Assembly (NCBI GenBank): GCA_964016885.1
Contig: OZ024743.1
Coordinates: forward strand, 85,994,001 to 86,058,000
Reading direction: 5' to 3'
Length of the DNA: 64,000 nt
Origin: Eledone cirrhosa
Taxonomy: Eukaryota
The notes under the pieces are model-generated. The model searched no databases. It worked only from the letters and a program-made list of their open reading frames with translations, and was not told where the DNA came from. Every line of letters starts with the position of its first letter. The stretch's first letter is position 1. The translations under genes were made by a program, and so were the position numbers. Below are positions 47,956-61,800 of this stretch, one piece after another.

Positions 47956-49189
47956 TGTGTTATAAGGTGTTTCCTAATTGATAGCTGGAGCAATGATTGT
48001 GTCCCTCCAATTAGCAAAATCATGGTGTAATAAAGAAAAAGCACTTGACGTCATTTGTATTAATATATCATCATCATCGTTTCACTTCCATTTTCCACAC
48101 TAGCATAAGTTAGATTAGTTGTCCCGTTTTGAGACAGCCAGGTCGGAGGACTTTGATTTGCTCACCAAGAACTGATTTTAGCTTGGTTTCTACGGCTAGA
48201 TTATTATATACTTTGTATTATTTCAAATTTAATTATTGTTTCCCAAATTCAATGTCCATATCTTATATTTTATATTATCAACCTAAATTTCCAAAATGTT
48301 AAACACTTGCTATAAATGAATGTTATGTTTGGCTGCCTGATGCAAAACTCAAACACATACAGCAGTCTGATTGGCGTCCCACTAAAGAATGACACAATTG
48401 TTGGCTGGTATAGCCACATCAAAGTGGTGCAAACAACATTGGGTTATTCAGTAACACAGACCTATCAGCTCTCCCCGTCTGATGGGGAGTTCTCTCACCC
48501 ACTTTGGGGTGAATGAGAGATGCCTTTTGTGAAAATGGGTATAGCTTTCATTATGTAAAATTTCCCCATTTTGCCTCATTTCTTCCTGTTTTGGGGCACT
48601 TTTTTTCATGGTACTCCCTGTTTGGGTTTTTAGCGGTTGGCAGGTATGGTAACACCATCAATCAACTTCAAATCTGCCAAGTAGACATGGCAATAACGAG
48701 CAATCAAAAGAAACTCCCCCCTCTTAACTACACCTACCAACACACTGTCAGATAAACGTGAATCATATACCTTGTAATAACATCAAATGCAGGTCTGTTG
48801 CCATATCAATGCATTACTATGCCTTACTTATAGATTACCTTATGGGCCATCTTATGACAACGTATCATAGATTGCGTCATGGAGTCATGATGTAACCATT
48901 TCATTACAGAAATGCGTATTATGTCTATTGTATAATTAAAGTTATGAAATCTAGCTTTTGTATTGTATCATATGTCATAGGTCCATGATCACTGGCACTA
49001 CACAGTATTACAGAAGAGCCACCCTCTCATATGCTCGAGCTGAGGCATATATCTAGTAGGCAACACCTTTCCCTACCATCTCCCCTCTCGTACACCTCTC
49101 TTGTTGTAAGCATCCCACCCCTATACCTACATCTCCAATTTCCTCAAGCCCCCCCCCCCCCCCCCCCAAGTTCCCAACCCACTCCATAA

Positions 49190-49540
49190 AGTGGTCCCCT
49201 GGAGCCATGACAAAAGTGCCCAGCCCACACTATAAAGTAGTCATGTAGGTGTCACAACAAAAGCACCCAATCCACACTGTAAAGTGGTTGTGAAGGTGTC
49301 ATAGCAAAAGGCACCCAGTCCACACTGTAAAGTGGTTGTGTAGGTGTCACAACAAAAAGCACCCAGCACACAGTGTAAATGTGGTTGGCGTTAGGAAGGG
49401 CATCTAACCTAGAAACCAAGCCAAAATCAGTTCTGTGTGAGCAAAACATGGTCCTCTGACCTGATCTCTTACAAAAGGACAGCCCGTCCTACCCATGCTA
49501 GCATGGAAAATGGACGTTAAACTGTGATGATGATGATGAT
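49190..49540 (+). mobile_element. SINE/LINE 3' module with ~4 tandem 45-bp units and (GAT)n tail
   Basis: AAAGCACCCA.TCCACACTGTAAAGTGG repeated, then AGGAAGGGCATC and GGACGTTAAAC. Confidence 0.85.
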
Positions 49541-51225
49541 CATCATCGTTTAACATCCATATTCCACGCTTGCATGGGTTTGGACGGGAGTTTTCCCACT
49601 TGAGGCAAGAGTGGTTGTCTTGCTCGCATAGGACTGTCTGGCGGGTTTTCTACGGTTGGATGCCCTTCCTAACACCAACCACATTTACAGTGTGGAACTG
49701 GGAGGTTTTTACCATGTTACCTACACGGCCACATTACAGCGTGGACTGTGTGTTTTTATTGTCGTGACACCTACACAACCTCATTTGTTTCGGCCTGGAT
49801 GTTGTGGTACCAACATAACTTTACATTGAAAGGGGCGGTGGGACGGGGGTGTATTTTGTTAGAGGTGCCTACTGACTGTAGTAGGTTTTACTTTGTATTT
49901 AGGTAAGGCGGGTCTTCTCTATTACTGAGTACCGCCAAAGATCTCGGTCCAGTGACATTGTCTTGGAGAGGTGTAAGTGTGTGAGGTCGGAATTTAGCAA
50001 GTTGTCCCAGGTTTTTCTGGGTCTGCCTACTCCATGGCTACCGTCTATTTTTATTGCCCTGCATTTTTTATACAGCTGTCGTCTTTCATGCGCATCACGT
50101 GACCATACCAACGTAGCCTTCTCTCGAGTAAACAACATCTGATCCTCTTAATTCTAATTCTTCCCTCAGTTCGTTAATGCTTTGCCGTTCACGTATATTA
50201 CTATTACACATCCAGCGGAGCATGCAAGCTTCGTTCCTCTCTAGTCTGCGTATATCCTCTGCACACAATGCCCAGGTCTCACTGCCATGCAACATTGCTG
50301 TTCGTATGCAGGCATCATACAGCCTGCCTTTCATTTTTAGGGAGAACCCTTTAGCGGCTAATAGTGGTATAAGCTCTCTGAACTTTTTCCATCCAGTTCT
50401 GACTCTAGCTACTGTACTTTCAGAGCACCCTCCCCCAATGCTGATTTTGTCACCCAGGTAACGGAAGCTGTCCACTATTTCTATAGAACCCTCTGTGCAA
50501 TTGAAAGAGCTAGTATTCTGTGGGCACTTGCTGCTACTTATTGCACCAGAGCACCGGCCACATGTAAAATCTATGTTCTTAGTTAGCTTACCTGTGATCC
50601 CACTACATCTTTTATGCACCCATACTTTGCATTTGGGACATAAAATGGAGTTTCTACCTATGCCTTTCCTACACACTGAGCATGGCCATTTCCCGGATGG
50701 GACCGGCACCCTATTTTCCTTCCTACAAACTAGAACTTTAGTCTTAGCCAGGTTAATTTTAAGGCCTTTTGATTCTAGGCCGTGCTTCCATGTTTGGAAT
50801 TTCTTCTCTAGCTCGGTCATTGATTCAGCTATGAGCGTTAGATCATCTGCGTATAGGAGTCCCCATGGGCAGCCGGTCTTGAACTCCACTGTTATAGCGT
50901 GAAGGGCAATAATAAATAGTAGGGGGCTAAGAACGGAGCCCTGATGAACACCAACTTTTACGCTAAACTCTTCACTATATTCGTTGTTAATTCTAACCTT
51001 GCTGACTGTTTCTTTATACATGGCTTGTATAGCTCTCACAAGCCATTCATCAACACCTAGTTTTCTAAGAGCCCACCAGATAATGGAACGGGGGACTCTG
51101 TTGAAGGCTTTCTCCAAGTCGACAAAAGCTAAGTATAGGGGTTTACTTTTAGCTAGGTACTTCTCCTGTAGTTGTCGTACAATGAAAAGAGCGTCTGTTG
51201 TACTTTTGCCTGACACAAACCCGAA
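49539..51225 (-). mobile_element. 5'-truncated RTE-clade LINE with 373-aa RT reading frame (frameshift near 50145)
   Basis: STTDALF..AFVDLEKAF..GVHQGSVLSPLLF..LLYADDL; nearly identical to the 34836 copy. Confidence 0.95.
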
Positions 51226-51717
51226 TGATATGTATATATATTATGTATTTGTGTATTTGTAATTTTGGCTGAGATGGGTGTAATAATAAAAATTTACCCA
51301 TACACCCAACAACATTGTCAGGGATAGCATATCTAGAAAGTGACAGCAGCACTAACATAATATGATTCATAATAGAGGTGTATATAAAGGGTTTACATAT
51401 TGAGATCCCAACCCATCCTATTTATTTTATAACATGAAATTTCTAGTAATGTACTTTTTTGTCATGTATAATGTTTTTTTTATGAATAAAGAAAATTAAT
51501 TATCCCAGGAATGCTAGCACTTAAAATAAAATTTTTCTAGAGATAAACTAGCAAAATTTAATAAAAGGGGAGGGTGGAATAAAAGGGGAGGAGTGGGTTG
51601 GAAAAATTAGTTAGCAGTGGGTGAGGGAGGGGCATTATTTGAGACCTGAAAGTATGTCTTGCTATGAATGTTTTAAGCAGTAACCATGTCACAGCTATCT
51701 CAGTAGACATGTGAGAA

Positions 51718-51759
51718 CACCAGACCAGTGTTTCCGGAATTTTATCTGTCATCAGTGAC
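51718..51759 (-). ncRNA. Minimal type-I hammerhead-ribozyme-like motif (Penelope-type)
   Basis: CGUCA-CUGAUGA-CAGAUAAAUUCCG-GAAA-CACUGG-UC-UGGUG; intact core, 5-bp stem I, imperfect stem II. Confidence 0.45.
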
Positions 51760-52073
51760 GTTTACTCACTTGGTACTGAGATTAGAATAAGCTATAGCTT
51801 ATATACTTTTTGAGAAGTTCATTTGCATATAGTGTCTTGATCAGAGCTTAAAACCTTCATAGCGAGACATATGTTTTTTATACATAAACATAACATATAT
51901 ACTTTCATATACACTTCTGTCATATACCCAACAACATTGAATTGAGTTATATTCAGTTAAATATTCTAACCTCTTTTCTTCTGAGATGTAACAAAATACT
52001 TGCAGATGCATTTTTCAGTTGTGAATGAATAATGTATTGGATTAAGCCTAAATATTTAAGATTACAAAAGGGT

Positions 52074-52259
52074 TTAACCCTTTAGCATTAACATAACTTT
52101 ATACTTACTATTGTATTTTCACAGTAAAAGCTTTATCTCACATAATATTGAATCTATGAGATTTTGATGATGTTAGAATAGCTAGTTACGGCCTGTTTGA
52201 ATATAAAGAGGTGGGAGAATTCTGGCCAGATATAGCCTGTTTAAATGCTAAAGGGTTAA
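52074..52259 (+). mobile_element. piggyBac-type MITE family A with internal deletion
   Basis: TTAA TSDs and both TIRs. Confidence 0.85.
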
Positions 52260-52752
52260 CCTTTTTCTTACTCTATTCCTAATGAAATACACTGCCTATG
52301 ATTTTCAAATAATTTTTCTAATAAAGAACTTGTATGGAACTAACTATTTCATCATTAGGCTGGCGTTTGGAACATAACTTAAAGGTTCTAACAAAATATT
52401 ATACTTTGACGGTTTTTAGATAAATATAAACATCTATATCATTGATATGACAATCTTCCTAGTGTTGGGGATTTATATGATAAATACACCCTGTACATTC
52501 TGTAAAGTTGTTGGAATAGGAAGGGCATCGAACTGCAGAAAACTTGCCAAGCAAAAGGTTGGGAGAACTTTTCAGTTGTATCAAAGACACAACAATCTCT
52601 CTAGTGCTGGTGTCAAGATAAAATGCACTCAATAGAGTACTGGATCATTGTAATCGCTTCCCCAACTGTTGGCCTTGTGCCTAAATTAGAAACCGATATA
52701 TCAATATGTTTATCTTGTGTGTTTTCTTTCTTGATTTAGGTGATTTTAAAGA

Positions 52753-52851
52753 ATGGATGCAATGGTTCAATCTACAAGCAGAGTAGGACAGTTGGAACGA
52801 TGTATTATTGGTAAAGATGAGTTGCTGCTTCCTGATAATTTTATTGAACAG
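52753..52851 (+). CDS. NFRKB: NFRKB first coding exon (acceptor at 52739/52740, ATG at 52753)
   Basis: gatttag| acceptor, 33 codons, |gtaaga donor. Confidence 0.85.
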
Positions 52852-55800
52852 GTAAGACATTTCAATGATACTTTCATTAGCTGCTTGCCTGGCTGAGTGG
52901 ATACTATCTAGGATTTGCAAATAATTTTGAAAAGAGTTTAGAATTTGAAGGGATTTAATAATATAACTTCTTCTTTATCAAGTTGATGTTTGTGATATAA
53001 TTTAACAAAGGCTTTTACATAAACTTATGGTTTCTTAAAACAAAACAAAGTTTTGTATGATACAGCCAGGGCATGTTTCAAGTGGTTTGGTATTGAAAGG
53101 GTTAAGTCACTCTCCTATTGGGAAGGAGGGAGATTAAGCTTAAAAGCTCATCTTAGATGTCATTATCATCATTTATATGTCCACTTTTCCATGCTGGCAT
53201 GGAAGGGACAGGACATTTTAAGGCAATGTTTTACAGTCAGATAACATTTTTTCTGAATCAAATTGCTGTTTAAATCCTTTGGTACCAAGCCACTTGAAAC
53301 TAATCCTAGTTCTATAATATAAAATTGTTTATTTTAAAGTGTTTATATTTATCTAAAAATCTTTCATCATAAATTTATGTAAGAACCTTTGCTAAGTTAT
53401 ATGCCAAACACCAGCTTAACCACTTTCTTACACAACTGCTTAAAATCATCCCTGGTTTTATGATACTAAGCTGTTTGTTTTAAAGTGTTTATATTTATCT
53501 GAAAATCTTCTTTATGTATGAACCTTTGCAAATTATGTTTCAACACCAGCTTAATAATGAGAAAGTTAGTTATATTACTAAATGGCTTCAAATTGTTTTT
53601 AAATTGATTTGAAAACTTTAGGCAGTGTTTTTCAGTAGAAATATGGTAATGAAAGCACATGGCTTAGTGTTTAGACTGTTGGGTTTGCAATCGGAAGTTT
53701 GTGAGTTCGATTATTGGACAGGGTAATGCGTTGTGTCTTTGAACAAGACACTTTATTTCACATTGTTCCAATTCGCTCAGCTGTAGAAATGAGTTGTGGT
53801 CTCACTAGTGCCAAGCTGTATTGGCCATTGCTTTTCTCTTGGACAACATCGGTGGCATGAAGAGGGAAGACTGGTATACATGGGTGACTGCTGGTTTTCC
53901 ACTAACAACCTTGCCCAGACTTGTGCCTTGGAGGGAAACTTTCTAGGTGCAAAACCATGGTCATTCATGACCGAAGGGGGCCTTAGATGATAATGAAAGA
54001 GTTAAAATGTCTTACACAATTTTACATTGAAAATCTTGGCAGTTAATTTATTTATAATTATAACTCATTGTTTTCAGAGTTTTATATTTAATGAAGTAAT
54101 GAATTTTGAAACCTGGGAAAAAGTGCTCACACCAGCCCAACGCCATCATCTCATGGTAAGTTATAGACTATTAGTTATTGGAGACATTATTTCATGATTT
54201 ATCTGTTTAGAACAGTACAGTACTATTTCCTGTAAAGTGATAGTGTTGGTGCTTCGATAAAACATACCCAGTACATCTGTCAAGTGATAGTGCTGGTGCT
54301 ATGATAAAACATACCCAGTGCTAGTGTTGGTGCTACGATAAAACATACACAGTTCACTCTGTCAAGTGTTAGTGTTGGTGCTTCCATAAAACACCCAGTC
54401 CATTCTGTAAAGTGTTAGTGCTGGTGCCTTGATAAAACACACCCACTCCACTCTGTAAAGTTATAGTGCTGGTGCCATGATAAAATGCATCCATGCTACT
54501 CTGTAAGTTGGTTAGTGTTAAGAGGAACACCCATCCATAGAAACCATGTTAAATATGAACTGTATGAGTGAGTTGAGCTCACTCTGACCTGTTTAGTCTA
54601 ACAAATGCTAACATAGAAAGTAGATGTAAAGCAATGATAATGATGACTATTTTAAACAGCATAGTGCTATTGTTTTGACTTTCTATTTTCATAATCTGTT
54701 GAAAGCTTGATCAGAGTTGACCTGAAGCTATATAACAATAACAACTGTTGAGAGGTGAACATTTAACCCTTTAGCATTTTCATTACTCTATATTTAGTAT
54801 TGTATTTTCACGGTAAACACTTTATATCACATAATATCGAATCTACGAGATTTTGATATTACTTATTTTGAGAACAATACCTTAACTTAAGTTTGAGCAA
54901 CCGGTTATGGCTAGTTTGAAGAGGAGGGAGTGAGAGAATTCTGGTCAGATACGGCCGGTTTAAATGCTAAAGGATTAAGCGTGAAGTGTTAGTGTGATTG
55001 TCTTGTTAGCCAGGCAGTGGAACAAAGCAGAGTTGTGTACCTTGCTTAACGGTGCAAAGTTGTACACTCAAGTCTTGATTAATTTCGACAGCCTAGAAAA
55101 GTACTGATTTTCCACCCCTCACTCCTATTATTTGGGACCCCAGAGTAGTTACATTTTGATCTCCTTGTCATTAGGTCATGGTGGTCCGGCAAACAACCCT
55201 TAATCTCACTGTTGTGTTTCACATCTGTACTGTGAGCTCAGCAGAGCAGAATGCTTTTGTTGTACTGGTTATTTCTTTTCCAGTGATTGTCAGAAATTGT
55301 ACTACCTTACACTACAGGATGACCACAAAAACACACCAGCTACGTTGTTGTGGAGTGAATGCCATTTTGTATTGCACTGCCATCTAGCAGATTGAGTCAA
55401 TTCTGCAAATAATAATAATAATAATGAAATTATTATGTAAAGTGCTCAGGTGCACTACAACTCGTCAAAGGTGCATGTATAGTACATAGAATAATATACA
55501 AATGTCAGGGAAGTGAATAGTGTATGAGTCATGATATACATGTGTGTATGTGTATGGAGGGGGAACATTAGGTGTAGTGTTGGTGAATCTCGGGAAGCAT
55601 TGAGGTTTTAAAAGATGCAATGTCTCGACAGCTAACAACTGATGCAGGTAGTTTATTCCATGCTTCAGCAACTCTGAGTGTGAAAAATTGTTTCCGAAAG
55701 TCATGGGAACTGTGCTGTTTTCTGACTTTGTGGGCATGTCCACGTGTGTTAGACACATGGAAATCAAAAAGGTACTCAGGGTTGTTGTTGGCAAGATGGT

Positions 55801-58800
55801 TAACAATTTTGTGGGTGTTTACCAAGTCAGTTGCCAGGCGTCGGAGCTTCAATGTATCCATGCCCAGGGAACGCTTGGTTGCACGTCTCTGAACAGTTTC
55901 CAGGTGGTCAAATGTGGAAGGAAACATTGTTAGTTTATGCAACTGTAGTCACCAATATTGTAAGTATATTCATTTAAATTTTGATATGAGTATATGAAAT
56001 CAAATAGTGTTTTTGTGGTCACTCATCATCATCATCATCATCATCATCGTTTAACGTCCATGTTCCACGCTTACATGGGTTTGGACGGGAGTTTTCCCAC
56101 TTGAGGCAAGAGTGGTTGTCTTGCTCGCATAGGACTGTCTGGCGGGTTTTCTACAGTTGGATGCCCTTCCTAACACCAACCACATTTACAGTGTGGGGCT
56201 TCATTTAGTTGAATTCCTGTGTGCTAAAGATTATTGAAAAGGTGAACATTTATGTTGAACTAATGAGGAATCTGCAGATACTCCACCATGACTATACTTT
56301 TAGATTTGTATCTGTTATTATTGGGACTGTAGGATATGTTACTAACAGCCTCAGTACAAATCTTGAGAAGCTGGGCTTATCAGAACCAGAAAGAGCACGG
56401 CTAGTTAGGAAATTGCAAGTACAGTCCATTAATGGAACAGTAAAAATATGTAAAACAGTTCAGAAATTAGCATGTAATAACTGCACATACACATGTATAG
56501 ATACAGAAACATATGCTCATGTATATATATGATCCACACATTGAATAACATCCATACCTACACACACACACATACATACATATACTTAGTTGATTTTGTC
56601 TATAGAGATCAGCTCTCTCTCTATTGGTGGAAATTTATGAAATAATAAAACCATGGAGGCACATGGCTTAGTGGTTAGAGCATTGGCCTTGCAATCGAAA
56701 GGTTGTGAGTTCAATTCTCAGACCAGGTGATGTGTTGTTTCCTTGAGCAAGACACTTTATTTCACATTGCTCCAGTTTACTCAGCTGTAGAAATGAGATG
56801 ATAGGGACTGGGGTCCCTATCATTCCACTGCAAAGTGGTCGTGGAGGTGCCACGGCAAAAAAGCACCCAGCACTCACTGTAAATGAGGTTGGTGTTAGGA
56901 AGGGCATCCAGCTGTAGAAATCAAGCCAGCATCAGTTCCCGTCCCACCCTTGCAAGCAGGGAAAAAGTGGACGTAAAATGAAAAATGAAAAAAAAAATGA
57001 AGAACATACATACATTCCATACATACATTACATATGTATATACATACACACTTTTATATATTAAGATTATTACCCATGCTAATTAACCAACCAATTATCT
57101 TAAAGATATAAAATAAATTTAAAACAGATAATCATTCAGGAGGTCACAGAAAGTGTGACAAAAGAACTTTGACACACAAATGAATAACAAACAATAAATA
57201 TATATGGTGCATGTGTTTCTTTCCATTGGCATTAATGGCAACATGACCATCCTCAAATATTAGAATAGATTTAAATACTTAATTTGAAACAGAAAAATTG
57301 GTAGACTCTCTGTAGTGTAATGGATAACATGGGTGGCTTGGTAAGTGAGAGGTACATGGTTCAAATCCTTTTGACGGTTCTGTTTCTCTTTTCTTTCTAC
57401 TCCCAGTTAGTGTTTATATTGTCTAAATATCACATTACATTGAACATTGTAACAGTTACTTCATAACTATATCAATTTTCAGAAATTTCTGCCCACATTT
57501 CCTGTTGATGATCAAGAACAAAAGCAGATAACTGTCAAGTAAGTTTTTTTAATTTTATTTCTCTGTTAACATTTAGTATTTACATTACTCTATATTTACT
57601 ATTATATTTTCACAGTAAACACTTTATTTCACATAATTATCTCACATAATATTGAATTTACGAGATCTTGATATTATTTACTTTGAGAACAATATTTTAA
57701 TGTCAGTGTGAGCAGCTGGTTTGAACAGAAAGAGGTGAGAGAATTTTGGCTAGATACAGCCAGTCTAAATGCTAAAGGGGTAAAGTTATCTTTTTTTCTT
57801 TTCAAAATTATTTCTTGAGAATGCAGGTGCAGGCATGTTTGTCTGTTTTCCTTGTTTGCATTGGCAAGATGAACTGTCACGTTATAAGACACATCAGGTG
57901 AGGTGACTATATCTTGATCATATGCATCTGTTTTTGGCTTGATTTCTATGCCCTTCCTGTGCAATTAAGAAGTTTTTCTTTGCAACCATGTCATTTTGTG
58001 TGATACCCTAGGCAAGTGTCGTCCACAATAGACTCTGAGCGGGGTGTTTGATACTTTCAGAGAAAATATTCTCAATTGAAAGTTACAGCGCAGCAACATT
58101 TGCTCGTGATGGTATTTGTAACATAACTTAACAAAGATTAAGAATATATGTTGGAAGGTTTTAACTTAAATAGGAATCCTTTGAAATGGGTGGTTTTGTT
58201 TCAAAGAACAGAGAGAGCTTTTGCATGAGTTGGTATCAAAAGGTTAAAAATAAATCCATTTCCAGATGATGCCTGTCTTGAATTTGTCACAGAATCTCAG
58301 GAAAGGTATTATTACTGGGGTTCCTATCTTTTTCAAGGAAGCTAACCATATTCTTCATGCCTTTCCCATAGATATTAATGATGTAAGTTAAGTAAATTAG
58401 TTAAAGCAGAAATTGAAACTATTCCACACTTTGCTTGCTTGTCCTTTATTTTTGGTTTTACTTTAACTCTGTGTATCTGGTTTAGTATATGTACAGTGTA
58501 AAAGTGGTTTTCACATGGATTTGTTGTTCCATAGTGTAAAGGTATTTTCATGTGCAGTAAATTACACATATATATTCTTTTGGTAAAAAGGGAATTTGGA
58601 CTATCGACTAACACCAAGTTTCTATAAAACTGTCTTCACAATATATGTATAAACTGTATTTGTCATTATCATCATCATCATCACTGTTTAACGTCCTTTT
58701 TCCAGACTTGTATGGGTTAGATGGGTCGCCCACTTCATGAGACAAGTCTGGCCAATTGGCTGCACCGTACCTTGCTCAGATGGAACTGTAATTTGGCTGG

Positions 58801-61800
58801 GACTTTTACAGCAGGATGCCCTTCCTTACTCCAACCATATTTACAATGAAATAAAAATGGATATGGTGCTTAGACTTGGGTTCCATCCCAAATCTTTCCC
58901 ATTCTAAAGGTGCAACTATACAATCATTCCAAAATCTAAAATCCAAAACACTTCCAGTCTCAAACATTTAAAGTAAAAGATGATTATTAACTGCTGCTTT
59001 GATGGATGTGTGATGTTAATATGTATGAACAGCAAAGCATAAAGAAAAACTATAAGAGGAATCAAGTGTAATGTACAAGAGAGAAGACTGTACTGGTGTG
59101 GACAAGTGATGCGTATGGATGATAATTATTGGCTGAAGATGTGCCAGGAGTTCCCAGTGGAAGAAAATTTCAGTAGAGGAAGGCTAAGGAAAACCTACAC
59201 AGAAGTGGTGTGTGTGGATTTCAAAACACAGATTCTTTTTGTATGATATATGCATAATGGTTAGAGAGACAAATCGAGATTGGTGAACCAGACTATGGCA
59301 TCATTTGTAGTATTATGGTTTGCCTCCAGGCCACTGGGAAAATGTCTGAGGGGGTAATCCCAAACAACATGCAGTACTGTCTGGTCAGGGTCCCCACAGT
59401 CACATGCTGGGCTGTCTTTCATTTTCCATCGATGGAAATGAGGGGCTGTCCTGGCATGTATTGTGCAGATCTGATTAAGAGAGATGATAAAGAAATGCAA
59501 CGTGCGAAGGAAAACTGTGCTGGAAAAGGTCCATCCAACCCATGCAAGCATGGAAAATCATCATCATCATCATCGTTTAACGTCCATCTTCCACGCTAGC
59601 ATGGGTTAGATGGTTTTGTTCCATTTGATGAGGAAATGGTCGGGAGACCATGTCTCGCTTTCATGAAAGTGTCTCTGGCAGGTTTTTTACAGCTGGATGC
59701 CCTTCCTAACACCAACCGCAATTACAGTGTGGACTGGGAGCCTTTTCACCGTGTCTCCTACACGGCCACCTTACAGTGTGGACTGTTGTGTCATCGACAC
59801 AGTGGAAGGAAAGGGAGAGGGAGGATGGGGTAAGGATGGGGTGTACGTTGGGTTAAGAGGTGCCTACTGACTGTAAGTTTGTATGCAATGGCAGTCAAGT
59901 CTTCTGTACAATTGCATGGTGCCAAAGGTCTCGATCCAGTGACATTGTCTTAGAGAAGTGTGAGTGAGCAAGGTCAGTTTTTATCACCTTGTCCCAGGTT
60001 TTTCTTGGTCTACCCACTCCGTAGCTTCCATCAATTTTCATTATCCTGCATTTTTTTATACAGCTGTCATCTTTCATACACATCACATATCCATACCAAC
60101 ACAATCTCCTCTCTAGAACACATTTGATACCTCTTGATACCACGTGGAAGATAGACGTTAAATGAAAAAAAAAAACCAAAGCAGATGTTAAAGGATGATG
60201 ATGATTTATCTTGAACCCCTGTTTTTGATCTCTGTAATTTTAACTGGTCTTTTTTTCTCTCTTCCCCTCTTTCTTTTCTATTTGATAATGTAGATTATCA
60301 TTTCTATATTAACAGACGTTTGTTGAGTGGAGAAAATTTCAAATTTGGGAATCCTGTGAAAAAGTTCCACATGAAACTAAAAGGTAAGATAGATATCTTT
60401 AAATAGTTTTTAGTTATTTATTTAATGTATTTTCATTTTGTTGTTGTTTCTGATGCACCACTTTTCTCATCCATCATCCCTTCCACACACCTCCTACATC
60501 CTAATACCCCAGCCCTCACCTATGCCCCTAAATCTGTGTTAGAGCATAGTACAAAACACATTGCAGCTTTTGTTCCAGCCCTCTGCACTCTGATCTCAAA
60601 TCCTATGCAGGTCAACTTAGCCTTTCATTCTTTCATGGGTTGATAAAATAAAGTAGCAGTCCAGTGTGGTGGTGATGTGATGGTGGTGGTGGATTGGTGG
60701 AATGGTTAGAGAGATGGAAATATAATGCCTTGAGGTGTTTGCTTCAGCCCTTTGTATTCTGAATTTACATCTTGCTGTGACCTACTTGGGTGATAGACTT
60801 AATCTGTCACCTGGTTTAACACCACAACCTGGCCCCTTTGGTTACTTTAGTGATGTCTTCACTGATGTAAGCTTCCAGAAAGATTTACAGTTTGAGGATG
60901 CTTTCCTTTCTCCCTCCTTTTCCAGCTACCCCCTCCCTTCCCTGCACTGTCTCTCTCACTCCCTTCCTTCTTTCCTTCACAACAGTAAAAAAAAAATGTT
61001 ATTTTTTACATTTGTTTTTTTTTTTGTTTTTTTTTCACTGTACCCTTGCATGTTGTAACAAGTGACTAAAAAGATTGGTGCCAGGAAGGGCATCCAGCCA
61101 TAAAACATTGTATTAAGATGTATCCCATGATAAGTATGACACTTTTCATGGGACCCTACAAGGTTAATCTCTGCTTTAGCTAGGTAAAATGACCCTAAAG
61201 CGCTAACTGCATTGCAAATGTATGTGTTACATTAAACAATTACTTGTAATTTTCTTGCTTTTGTTTATGAAATAAATCATTTCTGAAACTGTATTTTTGT
61301 AGGTGGAACATTTACATCAGAAATTTTAAAATATCCTCATTTATATCGAAAATTTAAGTTTCGAGATTATAAAATGAGGCAGCAAAGATACTACACAAAA
61401 CTGTTCAAGGATGTAATTTTGTCTCGTCAGGTATGTTCTTGTTACCTATTTTCATCATCATCATTATTATTGTCATCATCATCGTCATCATTTTTATCAT
61501 CACTACCATCATTATCATTATCACCATCGTTTAATATCCAAGGGCTGGATGGGTCATCACAGACCAGTCAACATTGAAGCAGAGCGACTGATCTCTCAGA
61601 TGGGAGGGGAGCCTGCATCTTGTTTACATACCATTTTGCATTCAATCGATTACTCCGACAAGCCCGGAGCCCGTATCTTGCTTACATATGATCCTGTGCC
61701 CTACTGAGTGTATTTTATTGTGACACCACTACTAAAGGGAGGTTGTCGTGTCTTTGACGCAGCTGAAGTGTCTTCCCATCTTCATTTTTACTATAACCTC

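Noticed and set aside
50095-51216. Functional autonomous reverse transcriptase gene
   Set aside because: It is 5'-truncated with no endonuclease, lacks a true ATG, and is frameshifted near 50145.
57303-57382. tRNA gene (TAGTGTAATGG A-box, GGTTCAAATCC B-box)
   Set aside because: The anticodon and acceptor stems do not pair; most likely a decayed SINE head or pseudo-tRNA.
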